A stretch of DNA of 64,000 nucleotides from an uncultured delta proteobacterium (GTDB lineage: Bacteria > Myxococcota_A > Polyangia > Haliangiales > Haliangiaceae). Shown here in pieces: positions 48,596-59,038 of the stretch (positions within the stretch are counted from its first letter, which is position 1; every line of letters starts with the position of its first letter). The notes under the pieces were generated by a model. That model saw only the letters and a program-made list of their open reading frames with translations, searched no databases and had not been told where the DNA came from. The translations under genes were made by a program, and so were the position numbers. The stretch lies in assembly GCA_963848295.1 (NCBI GenBank), contig CAWKDB010000010.1, positions 4,830,800-4,894,799 of the forward strand, given 5' to 3'.

Positions 48596-49708
48596 TTACC
48601 GCGCCTGACCGAGCGTCGGCATCGGGATCGACGGCGAGCGCGCGGCCTTGCTCGTTCGATCGCCAGCAGGCTGCCTCGCGCCGAGCACGCCGCCGATCTC
48701 GTGCGAGATCTTTGCGAGCATCACCGCACCCGTGCGGGTCTGGTCGGCGTAGTCGGCGGTCGACTTCGCCGCCGCGGACACCGAGCCGACGCTGCCGACG
48801 ATCGCGGTCGACGCCTGGGCGAGCTCGTGCAAGCTGCGGCCGATCTCGTTCGTCGTCGCGGCCTGCTGGTCGACCGCGCTCGCGATCGCACCTTGGATCT
48901 CGTTGATGTGAGCGATCACCATCGTGATCTGGCCGATCGACGCGACCGCATCGCCGGTGTCGGCTTGGATCGCGCCGATCTTGCGGCCGATGTCCTCGGT
49001 CGCCCGCGCGGTCTCTTTCGCGAGCTCCTTGACCTCGTTCGCGACGACCGCGAACCCCTTGCCAGCAGCACCCGCGCGCGCGGCTTCGATCGTCGCATTG
49101 AGCGCCAATAGATTTGTCTGCTCGGCGATCGAGGTGATGATGCGCAACACCTTGCCGATGTCTCGGCTCGATTCGCCGAGCCGCGCGACGAGCTCGTTCG
49201 TACGATGCACGCTCGTCACCGCTGTCGTCGCGACGCGCGCGGCTTCCGCGGCGTTCTTCGCGATCTCGCGGATCGTCACCGTCATCTCTTCGGTGCCGGT
49301 CGCGACGGTCTGGACGCTGCGACCGACTTGATCCCAGGCGGTCGCGACGTGTCTGGCTTCGCGCGAGGTCGCCTCGGCGCCGCTACAGACCTGATCGCCG
49401 GTATGGGCGACCTGGAACCACGCGTCGTCGAACTTCGCGGTGAGCTCGCTCGCCCTTGCGACCGTCGCGCGTGATCGTTCCGCGTCGGCGACCGCAGCCG
49501 CGAGCGGCTTGGCGACGACGCGAGCGAGCCACGCCGCGCCCAGGACGGCGAACGCGGCGCCGGCGGCGACCGCAGCGGCGAGTGACGTGCGCAGCGCGCC
49601 GGTCGCATCGCCGTGGGCTGCGACGACGATCGCGACGACCGCGAGCGGCGTGCAAGCGAGCGCGACCGCATAACCAAACACCCTCGTACGGACGACTCTT
49701 GCGGTCAT
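48596..49708 (-). CDS. Methyl-accepting chemotaxis protein with almost no periplasmic domain
   Basis: Two close TMs; [37 protein letters not shown]. Confidence 0.9.
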   Translation of the reverse strand: MTARVVRTRVFGYAVALACTPLAVVAIVVAAHGDATGALRTSLAAAVAAGAAFAVLGAAWLARVVAKPLAAAVADAERSRATVARASELTAKFDDAWFQVAHTGDQVCSGAEATSREARHVATAWDQVGRSVQTVATGTEEMTVTIREIAKNAAEAARVATTAVTSVHRTNELVARLGESSRDIGKVLRIITSIAEQTNLLALNATIEAARAGAAGKGFAVVANEVKELAKETARATEDIGRKIGAIQADTGDAVASIGQITMVIAHINEIQGAIASAVDQQAATTNEIGRSLHELAQASTAIVGSVGSVSAAAKSTADYADQTRTGAVMLAKISHEIGGVLGARQPAGDRTSKAARSPSIPMPTLGQAR

Positions 49709-50187
49709 GACGAACCTCCTACGGCAAGCAAGCGGCTGACATCGATGACGTGGCACAGCCGATCGGGAAGCTTGTAGAGCGCGACGATCGCCGGAACCTG
49801 CGCGCGACCATCAGCACCGCCGAATCGCAGCGCGGTCGTGTCGATCGCGCGCGGGCTGCCGGGCAACGGCTCGAGTAGCGCCGGGTCGACCTCGAAGACG
49901 TCGTCGATCCGGTCGACCACGAGCGCGACTAGATGGTCGCGCTCGCGCACCACGACGTTCATGTGCGGCTCGCCACCGTCGCGCGTGCGCAGGCCGAGCA
50001 CGATGCGAACATCGATCGCGACCGCGATCTGACCGCGCAGGTTCATGAGCCCGACGACCTCGGCCGGCGCGAGCGGCACGCGCGTCACCGGCTGCGGGCG
50101 GAGCAGCTCCTGGACGTGGTGCGCGTCGACGCCGAACCACAGATCGGCGACGCGGAAGGCGCACAGCCGCGATATCGGCGCGATCAT
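49705..50187 (-). CDS. cheW: CheW coupling protein
   Basis: [19 protein letters not shown]. Confidence 0.9.
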   Translation of the reverse strand: MIAPISRLCAFRVADLWFGVDAHHVQELLRPQPVTRVPLAPAEVVGLMNLRGQIAVAIDVRIVLGLRTRDGGEPHMNVVVRERDHLVALVVDRIDDVFEVDPALLEPLPGSPRAIDTTALRFGGADGRAQVPAIVALYKLPDRLCHVIDVSRLLAVGGSS

Positions 50188-52277
50188 GCGGCCCGCCGCG
50201 CGCCGAGCGTGGCGACATCGAGGACATCTGCGACGCGTCCGCCGACGATCGCCGAACCGAATCGACCCGGAGCTGCGGTGGTGCGATCCACGATCACCGC
50301 CTGCTCCACGACCTCTACGATCGCGTGAACGATGACCCCGACGCGGGTCGCGTGGACGACGAGCGTGAGTTGCTCGCCTGGCTCGTCCGGACCGTCGAGC
50401 CTCACGACCGGTAACAGGCGGCCTTCGTACTGCACGACCTCGCGGTCGCCGGCGCGTTCGATCGACGACGGCGCGAGCTCTTCGAGGCGGGTGACCTCGG
50501 CGAGCGGCAGCGCGACCCGGCGGCCCGTGCTCGAGGTTGCGACGAGCCACGCCGGGCACTCGACCTTCGACGGCGCGGTCGGTGCGGTCGGGGCTCTCGC
50601 CGGATCACCGGCTCCGAGCACCGCGGCGCGCTCCGCCGCGCGACTGCATCCGAGCCCAGCGCGGCGCGTGACGCCGCGGACATCGAGGATCAGCGCGATC
50701 TCGCCGTCGCCGAGGATCGTCGCGCCCGAGTAGAGCGCGAGCCGATCGAGCCTCGCGCCGCACGGCTTGACGACGACCTGCTCGGTATCGGCGACCCCAT
50801 CGACGACGAACGCGATCCGCCGATCGCCGTCTTGCACGACGACAAGCGTGATCTTGTCGCCGTCGCCGACCCTACCGGTGGCACCGAACAGCCGGCCGAG
50901 ATCGACGATGGGCAATACGCTGCCGCGCAGTCGAAGAACCGGAGCAGCGAGCACGCGTTCGAGCGCGAGGCTGTTTGGCTCAGCCCGAACGAGCTCGACG
51001 ATCTTCGCGAGCGGAATCGCGTAGCGCGCGTGATCGACGTGGACGATCAACGCCGGGATGATCGCGACGGTCAGTGGAAGCTCGATCCGCACGCACGTGC
51101 CCGCGCCGACGCAGCTCACGACCTCGACCGTGCCGCCGATCGAATCGACATTGGTCTTGACGACGTCCATGCCGACGCCGCGCCCCGAAACGCGGGTCAC
51201 GGTCGCAGCGGTAGAGAACCCGGGAGCGAACACGAGCTGGATCGCGTCGACATCAGACAGCCTCGCGGCCGCTTCGGCGGTGACCATACCGCGCTCGATC
51301 GCCTTTGCTCGCACGCGCGCCGGATCGATGCCGGCGCCATCATCGCGCAGCTCGATCGTGACCCGACCCGCTTCGTGCGAAGCGCGGAGCTCGATGACCG
51401 CTTCGATCGGCTTGCCGGCCTGTTCACGATGCTCGGGTGATTCGATGCCGTGATCGATCGCGTTGCGCACGAGATGGACGAGTGGGTCGCGCACGGCTTC
51501 GAGCACCGAGCGATCGAGCCCGGTGTCTTCACCCGCGAGCTCGAGCCGCACCGACTTTCCGAGCTCGCTCGCGAGATCGCGGACGAGCCGCGGCAACTTG
51601 GCCCACACCGAGCCGATCGGCTGCATCCGCGTCCGCATCACACAATCTTGTAGAGCCGACGCGACGGCGTCGAGCCGCTGCGTCGCCGCGGTCAACGCGG
51701 GATCTTGTTGCGCGGCGCTCAGTCGTGCGATGTGATTTCGAGAGAGCACGAGCTCGCCCGCGAGGTCGACGAGGCGATCGACGACGGCAAGATCGACGCG
51801 TATCGTACTGTCGACGTGCGCGTCGCTGACCTGCGCCTCGGTCACGACCGGTTCCGCGCGTGGGGCTGCGGCGACGGGCCCGCCGTCGGCGAGCTCGCCC
51901 AGCGTGGCGATCAACGGATCGCAGTCGCGCTCGTCCTCCGCGCCAACGGCTTCGATCGACGCGAGCAACATCCGGCTCTCGTCGACGACGTCCAGCAGCG
52001 CGGTCACCACTGCCGGTGTCAGCGCGCGCTCGCCGTCTCGGATCTTCGCGAGCACGTGCTCGGCGGCGTGGGTCAAGCGCTGAACTCGCGCAAAGCCGAA
52101 GAAACCGGAAGTGCCCTTGATCGTGTGCACGGTGCGGAACAGCGACGCGATCCGCTCGGCCGTCGCGCCCTCGCGTTCGTACGCGACGAGCTCGCGCTCG
52201 AGTCGGTCGAGGTTCTCGTGACCCTCGACGACGAACTCGCGGACGATTTCTTCGTCCTGTGACGAGACGGTCGCCAT
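50184..52277 (-). CDS. cheA: CheA histidine kinase (Hpt, no P2, two CheW-like domains)
   Basis: FRTVHTIKG, HLVRNAIDHG, DDGAG, GFST, GRGVGMDVV. Confidence 0.95.
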   Translation of the reverse strand: MATVSSQDEEIVREFVVEGHENLDRLERELVAYEREGATAERIASLFRTVHTIKGTSGFFGFARVQRLTHAAEHVLAKIRDGERALTPAVVTALLDVVDESRMLLASIEAVGAEDERDCDPLIATLGELADGGPVAAAPRAEPVVTEAQVSDAHVDSTIRVDLAVVDRLVDLAGELVLSRNHIARLSAAQQDPALTAATQRLDAVASALQDCVMRTRMQPIGSVWAKLPRLVRDLASELGKSVRLELAGEDTGLDRSVLEAVRDPLVHLVRNAIDHGIESPEHREQAGKPIEAVIELRASHEAGRVTIELRDDGAGIDPARVRAKAIERGMVTAEAAARLSDVDAIQLVFAPGFSTAATVTRVSGRGVGMDVVKTNVDSIGGTVEVVSCVGAGTCVRIELPLTVAIIPALIVHVDHARYAIPLAKIVELVRAEPNSLALERVLAAPVLRLRGSVLPIVDLGRLFGATGRVGDGDKITLVVVQDGDRRIAFVVDGVADTEQVVVKPCGARLDRLALYSGATILGDGEIALILDVRGVTRRAGLGCSRAAERAAVLGAGDPARAPTAPTAPSKVECPAWLVATSSTGRRVALPLAEVTRLEELAPSSIERAGDREVVQYEGRLLPVVRLDGPDEPGEQLTLVVHATRVGVIVHAIVEVVEQAVIVDRTTAAPGRFGSAIVGGRVADVLDVATLGARRAA

Positions 52278-52287
52278 GACGATCGTT

Positions 52288-52314
52288 GAATCGGCCGGAA
52301 CGGGTCCAGCTCAA
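52288..52314 (-). promoter_or_regulatory. sigma28-like promoter of cheA
   Basis: TTGA-N15-GCCGATTC, ending 10 nt before the ATG. Confidence 0.5.
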
Positions 52315-53171
52315 GCGACCGCGGTCAGCCGATCCCTGAGGCCGGCGGTCAGCCGGTCGATGACATCGTCGGTCGTCCCGATCATCGAGCGCCCGATCAT
52401 GATCAGGGCCTCGAGATCGGCTTCATCGACCGGCCCGGTCGCATAGCCCGAGCGTTTCGCGAGCGCGTTCGCGAGCCGGACGATGTTCGCGATCCCGTCG
52501 CGCTGGTCGGTATCATAGTCGTTGCAATCGCGAATCGCGCTCGTGATCTCCGGCGGTAGCTTCCAATGGGTCGCGACCGCGACGCCGACCTGGCGGTGCA
52601 CGGCGTCGATCGTCGATGTCCACGCGGCCGGATCGATCCAGCTCGCTCCGGCCTTCACGCCGCGTTCCGCTTCGAGCAACATCGCCGCGACGATCGGCTT
52701 GCCGACGTCGTGCAACAAGCCGGCGAGGTAACACGTGTCCCCTGCGGCACCGCCGGTCAACGCGCCGAGATCGCGCGCGAGCTGTGCGACCGCGATCGAG
52801 TGGTCCCACACGCGGCGGCACTCGGCCGAGATCTTCGGTTCGCGCGACTGGAATAGCTCGCGCGAAGCGTACTCGACGATCACCGCCTTGATCCGCTGTG
52901 CGCCGATTCGCGTGACCGCCTGATCGAGCGTGGTCACCGCGACCGCGCTGGCAAACGCGGCCGAGGACGCGTTGCGGATCAGCACCGCGGCGAGCAACGG
53001 CTCGGTCTCGATGCGCGCGACGAGCTTGCGGTGACTGAAGTCGCGATCGCGCAGCAGCTCGAGACACTCCGCAGCCACCTGAGGCATCGCCGGCAGCGAC
53101 AGCTTGCCGGTCTCGATCTTCGCGAGCACGATCTTCTGGATCTTGTCGCCGAGAGTCGCCGCCGCGATCAC
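52311..53171 (-). CDS. HDOD domain protein
   Basis: LPAMP, WDHS..VA, LAGLLHDVGK, HWKLP. Confidence 0.88.
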   Translation of the reverse strand: MIAAATLGDKIQKIVLAKIETGKLSLPAMPQVAAECLELLRDRDFSHRKLVARIETEPLLAAVLIRNASSAAFASAVAVTTLDQAVTRIGAQRIKAVIVEYASRELFQSREPKISAECRRVWDHSIAVAQLARDLGALTGGAAGDTCYLAGLLHDVGKPIVAAMLLEAERGVKAGASWIDPAAWTSTIDAVHRQVGVAVATHWKLPPEITSAIRDCNDYDTDQRDGIANIVRLANALAKRSGYATGPVDEADLEALIMIGRSMIGTTDDVIDRLTAGLRDRLTAVA

Positions 53172-54319
53172 GCTGCCCTCCGTGCTTCGCCGACGCTGTC
53201 GAAGAACGGCATCGATGCGGTGTCCATGATCGAGCCCATCGCCTTCCGAACGTCCTGACCACCGACGAGCCGCACCGCGATACCGAGGCGCTTCGCTTCC
53301 TTGTCGACCTCGATCACGAAGCGCACCGCTCGATCGCCATGGACCGGCACCGCGGCGAGATCGAGGATCGCTTCCTCGTAGCACGCCGATGCGATCTGCT
53401 CGAGCGCGTCGCGGCACATCGCCTTCATCCGGGTGAAGTAGCGCTCGAGGCGATCTTCCTTGCCGGTGTAGCCACCGCACGTCATCGCATTCGCTTCGAC
53501 CGCGACGAGGTCGTTGCTATCGAAGTGCTTCGCGACCAGGTCCTCGAGCGCGTCGGCCGCGAACGGCTTGAAGACGAAGTCGTCGAATCCGGCGGCCTTG
53601 ACCTCCGAGGCGAGGTCGTTCGCGGTGCGCAGCGCCAGCGCGACCATCGCCGCGCGTGGGGCGATCCGGCGCAGCTGGCTCATCAGCGCGATGCTGTTGA
53701 CGTCGGGGATCACCATGTCGATCAGCACGACCTTGTAGGCGCGCTCTTGGGCGAGCGCGAGCGCATCTTTCGCGCTGGTCGCGCCGTCGAGGGCAATCGC
53801 TTCGGGCAGCAGCGCGCGCAACTTCTTGTGCACGTTCTCCATGTCGTCGATCACGAGGATGTCTGCCGCGGGGCTCGCCGGCGTCGCCGCCACGGCGGGC
53901 TCGCTGGCCGGCGCCGTCGGGTCGGCCGGGATCGGGTCGGACTCGACCGGCTTCGCGATCTCGATGCGCAGCGCCTTGCAGACCTTCGCGCGCAGTTCCT
54001 CCGGCTTGAACGGCTTGAGGATGTAGTCCTCGATGCCGAGCTTGACCGCGCCCGACACGATCGTGCGCTTCGCTTCGCTGGTCAGCATGATCACCGGCGT
54101 GCGGTTGCCGGTCTCCCGCAGCTTCGCGAGCATCGTCGGCCCATCCATCACCGGCATCGTCACGTCGAGCAGGATGAGATCGACCGGCATCGACTCGAGC
54201 TTGGTCAGCGCTTGTTGACCGTCTTCTGCGTGCTCGATCTCGTGGCCCAGCTCGGTCATCTGCCGGGCGATCAGGCTGCGAATCGTCAGCGAATCATCGA
54301 CTGTCAGGATCCGAGGCAT
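53168..54319 (-). CDS. Response regulator with two receiver domains and a STAS-like C-terminus
   Basis: VDDS...LDVTMPVMDG...KPF; second DD...D...KPF; C-terminal ILDLAAV...VRLVG. Confidence 0.85.
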   Translation of the reverse strand: MPRILTVDDSLTIRSLIARQMTELGHEIEHAEDGQQALTKLESMPVDLILLDVTMPVMDGPTMLAKLRETGNRTPVIMLTSEAKRTIVSGAVKLGIEDYILKPFKPEELRAKVCKALRIEIAKPVESDPIPADPTAPASEPAVAATPASPAADILVIDDMENVHKKLRALLPEAIALDGATSAKDALALAQERAYKVVLIDMVIPDVNSIALMSQLRRIAPRAAMVALALRTANDLASEVKAAGFDDFVFKPFAADALEDLVAKHFDSNDLVAVEANAMTCGGYTGKEDRLERYFTRMKAMCRDALEQIASACYEEAILDLAAVPVHGDRAVRFVIEVDKEAKRLGIAVRLVGGQDVRKAMGSIMDTASMPFFDSVGEARRAA

Positions 54320-54335
54320 CGGCGCTCCGTCTGGT

Positions 54336-54362
54336 GAATCGGCCGCGCGTCAGGGACGTCTA
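54336..54362 (-). promoter_or_regulatory. sigma28-like promoter of the response regulator gene
   Basis: TAGA-N15-GCCGATTC. Confidence 0.55.
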
Positions 54363-54419
54363 GGGGGGCGGTTCGAACGCGAAGCGCGCTGCGGGACCTA
54401 CACGGCGCCGGGACGTCGG

Positions 54420-54902
54420 TCACGGGCTCGCTTCATCGCTCGCGCCGGTCGGCGTCGACGCGACATTGCCGCGTAACGCCGCGACTTGGCGATCGAGCTC
54501 GCCGAGCCGGCGGCCGGCCTCGGTCGAGAACGCGTCGGCGCACTCCGACAGCTCGTGGGCTTGTGCCGCCATCTTCGGCAACAGCGCGCCGAGTGAGCCG
54601 GCGAGGCGTTGCACCGTATCGTTCGTCGCCGCGACCGCGCTCGACAGTCGCGTCATCTCTTCGGCGATCACCGCGAAGCCGCGCGCTTGCTCGCCACCGC
54701 GGACCGACTCGATTCGCGCGTTGAGCGCGAGCATCTTGGCCTGGCGCGCGAGTCTCTCGATCACTTGTGCCGCGGCCAGCGTGTGCGCGACTTGCTCGAC
54801 CGCTTGCTGCGCACACGTGTCGTGCGCCGCGATCCGCGTGCGGATCTCGGCGACATGACCTCGCACCATCTCGGCGAGGACGAGGACCTTCTTCGCGGCC
54901 AC
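54420..54902 (-). CDS. Small soluble protein consisting of an MCP signalling tip
   Basis: QAKMLALNARIESVRGGEQARGFAVIAEEM; no TM. Confidence 0.75.
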   Translation of the reverse strand: MAAKKVLVLAEMVRGHVAEIRTRIAAHDTCAQQAVEQVAHTLAAAQVIERLARQAKMLALNARIESVRGGEQARGFAVIAEEMTRLSSAVAATNDTVQRLAGSLGALLPKMAAQAHELSECADAFSTEAGRRLGELDRQVAALRGNVASTPTGASDEASP

Positions 54903-54929
54903 GGAGTAGATACCGGCCGGATCGTCACC

Positions 54930-55376
54930 TCATCGAGCCCCCGAGGCTCGGATCGGAGCGCCGAGCCCCAGCCTGCGATGGTCGGCCAGCGTGCAGCGGT
55001 TCTGGATCACCGTGATTCCGGCGCGCTCGAGGACCGCCGCCACGGCGTCGTTCGTGATCCCGAGCTGGAACCACACCACCTTCGGCAGCGGCCGCATCGC
55101 GAGGATGTCGTCGAGGTGCGCCGGGATCGCTTCGGATCGGCGAAACACATCGACGAGTTCGATCGGCGCTGTCAGCTCGGCGAGCGTCGCGTGCACCGGC
55201 TCGCCAAACAGCGTCTCGCCGACGAGCGCCGGGTTGACTCCGAGCACGCGGTAACCGTGGTCGTGGAGATATTCCGGCACGTAGAACGCGGGCTTGTCGG
55301 CCGCGCGATGGATGCCGACCACCGCCATCGTCGGCGAGTGTTCCAGGATGTCGCGCACCTTCGCGTCGGTCGACAT
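54930..55376 (-). CDS. CoA-binding protein (YccU-like)
   Basis: VVG...YL..HGY.V..VNP, VDVFRRSE, VWFQLGI, NRC. Confidence 0.9.
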   Translation of the reverse strand: MSTDAKVRDILEHSPTMAVVGIHRAADKPAFYVPEYLHDHGYRVLGVNPALVGETLFGEPVHATLAELTAPIELVDVFRRSEAIPAHLDDILAMRPLPKVVWFQLGITNDAVAAVLERAGITVIQNRCTLADHRRLGLGAPIRASGAR

Positions 55377-55454
55377 GGCTGGCACCATAGCGCGCGGGGC
55401 GGCGTGCTACGACTTCGACGTGAGGTCGCGCGCACGTCTAGCGATCGTAGTCGC

Positions 55455-55465
55455 GATGCTAAGGA
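55455..55465. other. Junction between high-GC myxobacterial DNA and low-GC Bacillaceae-like DNA
   Basis: Abrupt change in composition; the junction cuts a TetR gene. Confidence 0.9.
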
Positions 55466-55965
55466 ATGTTCAAGCCATTGCTCGACCAATCCTAAAAAAG
55501 CCGAGGTTGCAAATGATGACAGATAATCCTTTTGTATCGTAAACTGAAGAACGTCTTGTTTTGCCACCATTTTTTCGACCAAAGTGATTAACAAAAAATA
55601 GTTTTAGCTGTTTATGAAAGCCAAAGTGATTATTTTCACCCAATAACACTTGAAAGCGTTCTGCATTCGTTTGTATGTAGCGAAATACTTCAACAGCAAA
55701 TGTTGAAATTTGTCCGTCTTCTGCTTCTAAAAGCAAAACATCCGGTTTCAGATGTAACAAATGCAATTCGAGTCCTCTTAAGTAAGTTTTCCTCCATTTA
55801 GAAGAAGATCGTATTTGTCCTCATAATGCAAGTAAAAAGTTCCTCTGTTAATCGCTGCCATTGTCGTAATATCTCGAACCGATATTTTCACGAAAGGCTT
55901 TTCCTTTAATAACTGCAAAAAGCTCTTCTGGATTTTTCCCTCATTTCATCGTATATGGATTTCAT
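55460..55965 (-). pseudogene. TetR/AcrR regulator, frameshifted and truncated at the junction
   Basis: GGAGG RBS, MKSIYDEMREK.../ISVRDITTMAAINRGTFYLHYEDKYDLL/...SAFLGLVEQWLE, in different frames. Confidence 0.75.
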
Positions 55966-56097
55966 GCCAACTCCTCCGTGCTACTGAACAGTATCATGTT
56001 TTTTGTTTATTGCTTTCATTTTATCAACAAAATATACTAATATCATCCCATTCAACAGGTTGTTGAGTGGTATTTCATAAAACGAAAGGTGAATAAA

Positions 56098-56484
56098 ATG
56101 AAAAAATCGAATAGTATCATGGGTATAACATTTTTAATCGCCGTTGGAATGATTGCGAAAGCGTTTATATTGAATGAAGATGTTAAAGGATTTCTACTAA
56201 TCTTCTTCGCCGTTGGGATGGGTTTAGGATTATTACGATTATTTGTTAATAGCTCCATTAAAAAGATGAGAGGGAAAGGGTGGAAGAGTAAAGTATTGTT
56301 CTTCGGTGTTTTACTCGGCTTAGGATTGCCGTTCCAATCTTGGTTTAGAAATAACGTATTATTAACTATCGATTCAGCCTATTTAATGAGCAGCATGATT
56401 ATAATGGTTGTAGGTGTCTTGTTTATGACAACTTGCTTTAGCTATATTACGAATAAAATAAATATGAAGAGCGTAACAGAATAA
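56098..56484 (+). CDS. Four-TM membrane protein
   Basis: AAAGGTGA RBS; four hydrophobic segments. Confidence 0.8.
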   Translation: MKKSNSIMGITFLIAVGMIAKAFILNEDVKGFLLIFFAVGMGLGLLRLFVNSSIKKMRGKGWKSKVLFFGVLLGLGLPFQSWFRNNVLLTIDSAYLMSSMIIMVVGVLFMTTCFSYITNKINMKSVTE

Positions 56485-56597
56485 AGAAGAAATATTTTGT
56501 ATCATTTCACTGTTTTTCCATTTATCTCCTTTTGCACGAACTAAACGGGACTTTGGGTATAAGGAGTATTATCCTGTTTTTCTTATTTGGCAGTTAA

Positions 56598-56651
56598 TTT
56601 ACCCTTCGTTTACAAAATAAGAGAATCTTCTTTACAAATCTCCAATATAGT
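56598..56651 (+). promoter_or_regulatory. PhoP-box-like repeats and -10 element
   Basis: TTTACC (56598), TTTACA (56609), TTTACA (56631) on an 11-bp register; TATAGT at 56646. Confidence 0.55.
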
Positions 56652-56709
56652 TATTTTTGTCTTATAGAACGACATGTAATGAATTGAGATAAAAAGAGGA
56701 GATTGTACC

Positions 56710-58383
56710 ATGAAGAGTAAACTTAAGTCTTTCATTTGTGGCTCGCTAGCTGTGCTCGCATTATCACAGAGTGTTATGACCGTATCAGCAGCGCCAAATA
56801 AACATAAAGGAGATGATGGCAGATGGATGACTGGAGAGTATCATGTCCATACAGTACAGTCCAATGATGCGTCAGAGTCTTTTATGAAGCTGGAAAATGT
56901 GCTAAATGGAGCCTTCCGCGAAAATCTTAACCAACTGCCACTTGGATCGGCAGCTAGTTTAAACTATGGAGATCCTTTTGATTTTCTTGTCCTAACGGAT
57001 CATTTGCGAAATTCCCCAAGAGATCCAGATGGGATTGACAAGCCAACAGCACGGTGGGAAGCGATTCAAGATCAACAGGCTAAAATTGATGAGCTAAAGG
57101 CATCTGGAAAATATGCTGGGAAGTTGATTTATCCTGGTTTTGAGTGGGACATGATGGGCTTGGACCATGCTTCTGTCGCTATTATGGATTCCAAAAGTAA
57201 TTCTGTCCCAATAGATGCAATCCATGAGTTTGAATGGAAATACAGCTATGATACAAGTGCGGACCGATTTCATGCGAACGAAACCGAATTATGGGGAGCT
57301 AGACCGACAAAGGATGAGTTGAAGCCAAACAAAGAGAAAACCTTTGAAGCGATTCAGTGGCTGAAGGATAACTATCCAGAGAGCTTCGTATTGCCCAATC
57401 ATCCGTCCAGACATAATGGGGGAGATGGAGAAGTGACGATAGAAGATCTCCGTAAAATGAATGACATTGCACCAAACATCGTCTTTGGCATGGAGGGAAT
57501 GCCGGGAAATCAGATGGCAGCCAGTCATAACCGAGCTGAGATGTCTGATGTCTACGGTGGTGTGGATGTGATGGTCGCTCAGGTAGGAGGCGTATGGGAT
57601 GCGTTACTTGGTGAAGGTCGACATTTCTGGAATTTTTCTAACTCAGACTTCCACTTCAAAGTCAGCAGCAACCGTCAATACTCCAGCGGCTACTGGCCAA
57701 GCGAGTACTCTAGAAACTATACATGGGTCGATGGTGATGACTTCAAGGACGTCGTTGAGGGCATGCGTTCAGGTAAATCCTTCTCTGTATATGGGGATCT
57801 TATTAATGCACTGGATTTCACTGTGAAAAGTAAAAATAAAGAAGCTGAGATGGGAGAACAATTACAAGCGGATGAGGGAAAACAAACAACCATTACTATT
57901 CGCTTTAAAAGTCCAGAGTACAACAACTATGCACCGATAAGCGACCACGAAACCTCCGTTACAAACAAGGTTAAGGTCGATCATATTGATTTAATTTCTG
58001 GTGAAGTAACGGGCAAGCTTGATGAAAGCCAATATGCCAGTAATCAGAGTAATGATACGACTAAAGTCGTCAAGCGCTTTACTAAGAAGGACTGGGGAAA
58101 GCCTGATAAAAATGGCTATTATACAATTACTTACAAAGTAAAGGCTGATAAAGACCGATATTATCGTTTGCGCGGTACAAACCTTGGTACGGATGTAGAA
58201 GGCTATACGAGTAACGGTGAGCCGTTGAAGGATCAATCTTTTGATTATGAAGGAACTCAAACACCAGAGCAGCATGAAGAACGCTTTAACAATATCAATG
58301 ACCGTAATTATACCAGTATGTGGTTTTATTCAAATCCGATTTTTGTGGATGTAGTCGAGAAAAAGAAAAAGAAAGCTCATTAA
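56710..58383 (+). CDS. Secreted PHP-superfamily metallophosphoesterase
   Basis: Signal peptide; GEYHVHT, LTDH, NHPSR, NSDFH. Confidence 0.8.
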   Translation: MKSKLKSFICGSLAVLALSQSVMTVSAAPNKHKGDDGRWMTGEYHVHTVQSNDASESFMKLENVLNGAFRENLNQLPLGSAASLNYGDPFDFLVLTDHLRNSPRDPDGIDKPTARWEAIQDQQAKIDELKASGKYAGKLIYPGFEWDMMGLDHASVAIMDSKSNSVPIDAIHEFEWKYSYDTSADRFHANETELWGARPTKDELKPNKEKTFEAIQWLKDNYPESFVLPNHPSRHNGGDGEVTIEDLRKMNDIAPNIVFGMEGMPGNQMAASHNRAEMSDVYGGVDVMVAQVGGVWDALLGEGRHFWNFSNSDFHFKVSSNRQYSSGYWPSEYSRNYTWVDGDDFKDVVEGMRSGKSFSVYGDLINALDFTVKSKNKEAEMGEQLQADEGKQTTITIRFKSPEYNNYAPISDHETSVTNKVKVDHIDLISGEVTGKLDESQYASNQSNDTTKVVKRFTKKDWGKPDKNGYYTITYKVKADKDRYYRLRGTNLGTDVEGYTSNGEPLKDQSFDYEGTQTPEQHEERFNNINDRNYTSMWFYSNPIFVDVVEKKKKKAH

Positions 58384-58465
58384 GTCTTCTACGCTTAGAT
58401 ACAGGAAATATGGAATGGTTTGATATTGCTGAACCTAGTTTGGCGAAGTGAAAAACAATCTAAAA

Positions 58466-58647
58466 GGCCCTTTTCTCAAACTTTGTTGCTCTTAGAGGGA
58501 GAAAAACCTAATTGTCATTTTTATTATGTTGAAATAGCTTAATATTTTTGAGGAAAGGGCTGCAAACTCAATATGAATGCGCAAAATAGCTATTACTACG
58601 TTAAAATCGGCTTTTAGATTTTAACAACAAACTTTACGAAAACAGCC
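58466..58647. mobile_element. MITE-like element with 25-bp imperfect TIRs and an 8-bp target duplication
   Basis: TIRs match at 19/25; ATCTAAAA lies immediately on both sides (58458-58465 and 58648-58655). Confidence 0.7.
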
Positions 58648-58708
58648 ATCTAAAAAAAGAACCCTGGATTTGGTAGAGAGCAGGGGAGAGGGAGCAGCAG
58701 CGAACTCG

Positions 58709-58750
58709 AAAAAAGGATGTCTCAAAACTTTCATTTGGGACATCCTTTTT
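58709..58750. terminator. Bidirectional intrinsic terminator-like hairpin
   Basis: AAAAAAGGATGTCTCAAA ... TTTGGGACATCCTTTTT. Confidence 0.7.
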
Positions 58751-59038
58751 CTACTGTAGAGAAATAGGAAATTATGTAAATATTAAGTCACAACTTGTAT
58801 ATGGATGTTTAACAACATCTATGATAACCTCCCCACTTTTTTGTACAAAAAGGACATAATATTGCTGAAAAATATAAATTGACTGATACACTATTAATGA
58901 TAAAGTGATAGTAATGTAAGTTGGTGTAAGGCTATTCTTTGAAAGAAATGGTAAATAGTAAGGGGGAATCAGTTCTATTTTTTTGAGTTAATAACAGCAA
59001 TTTTATACTGATAATATCAATTGGGGTGAAATAAGAAA

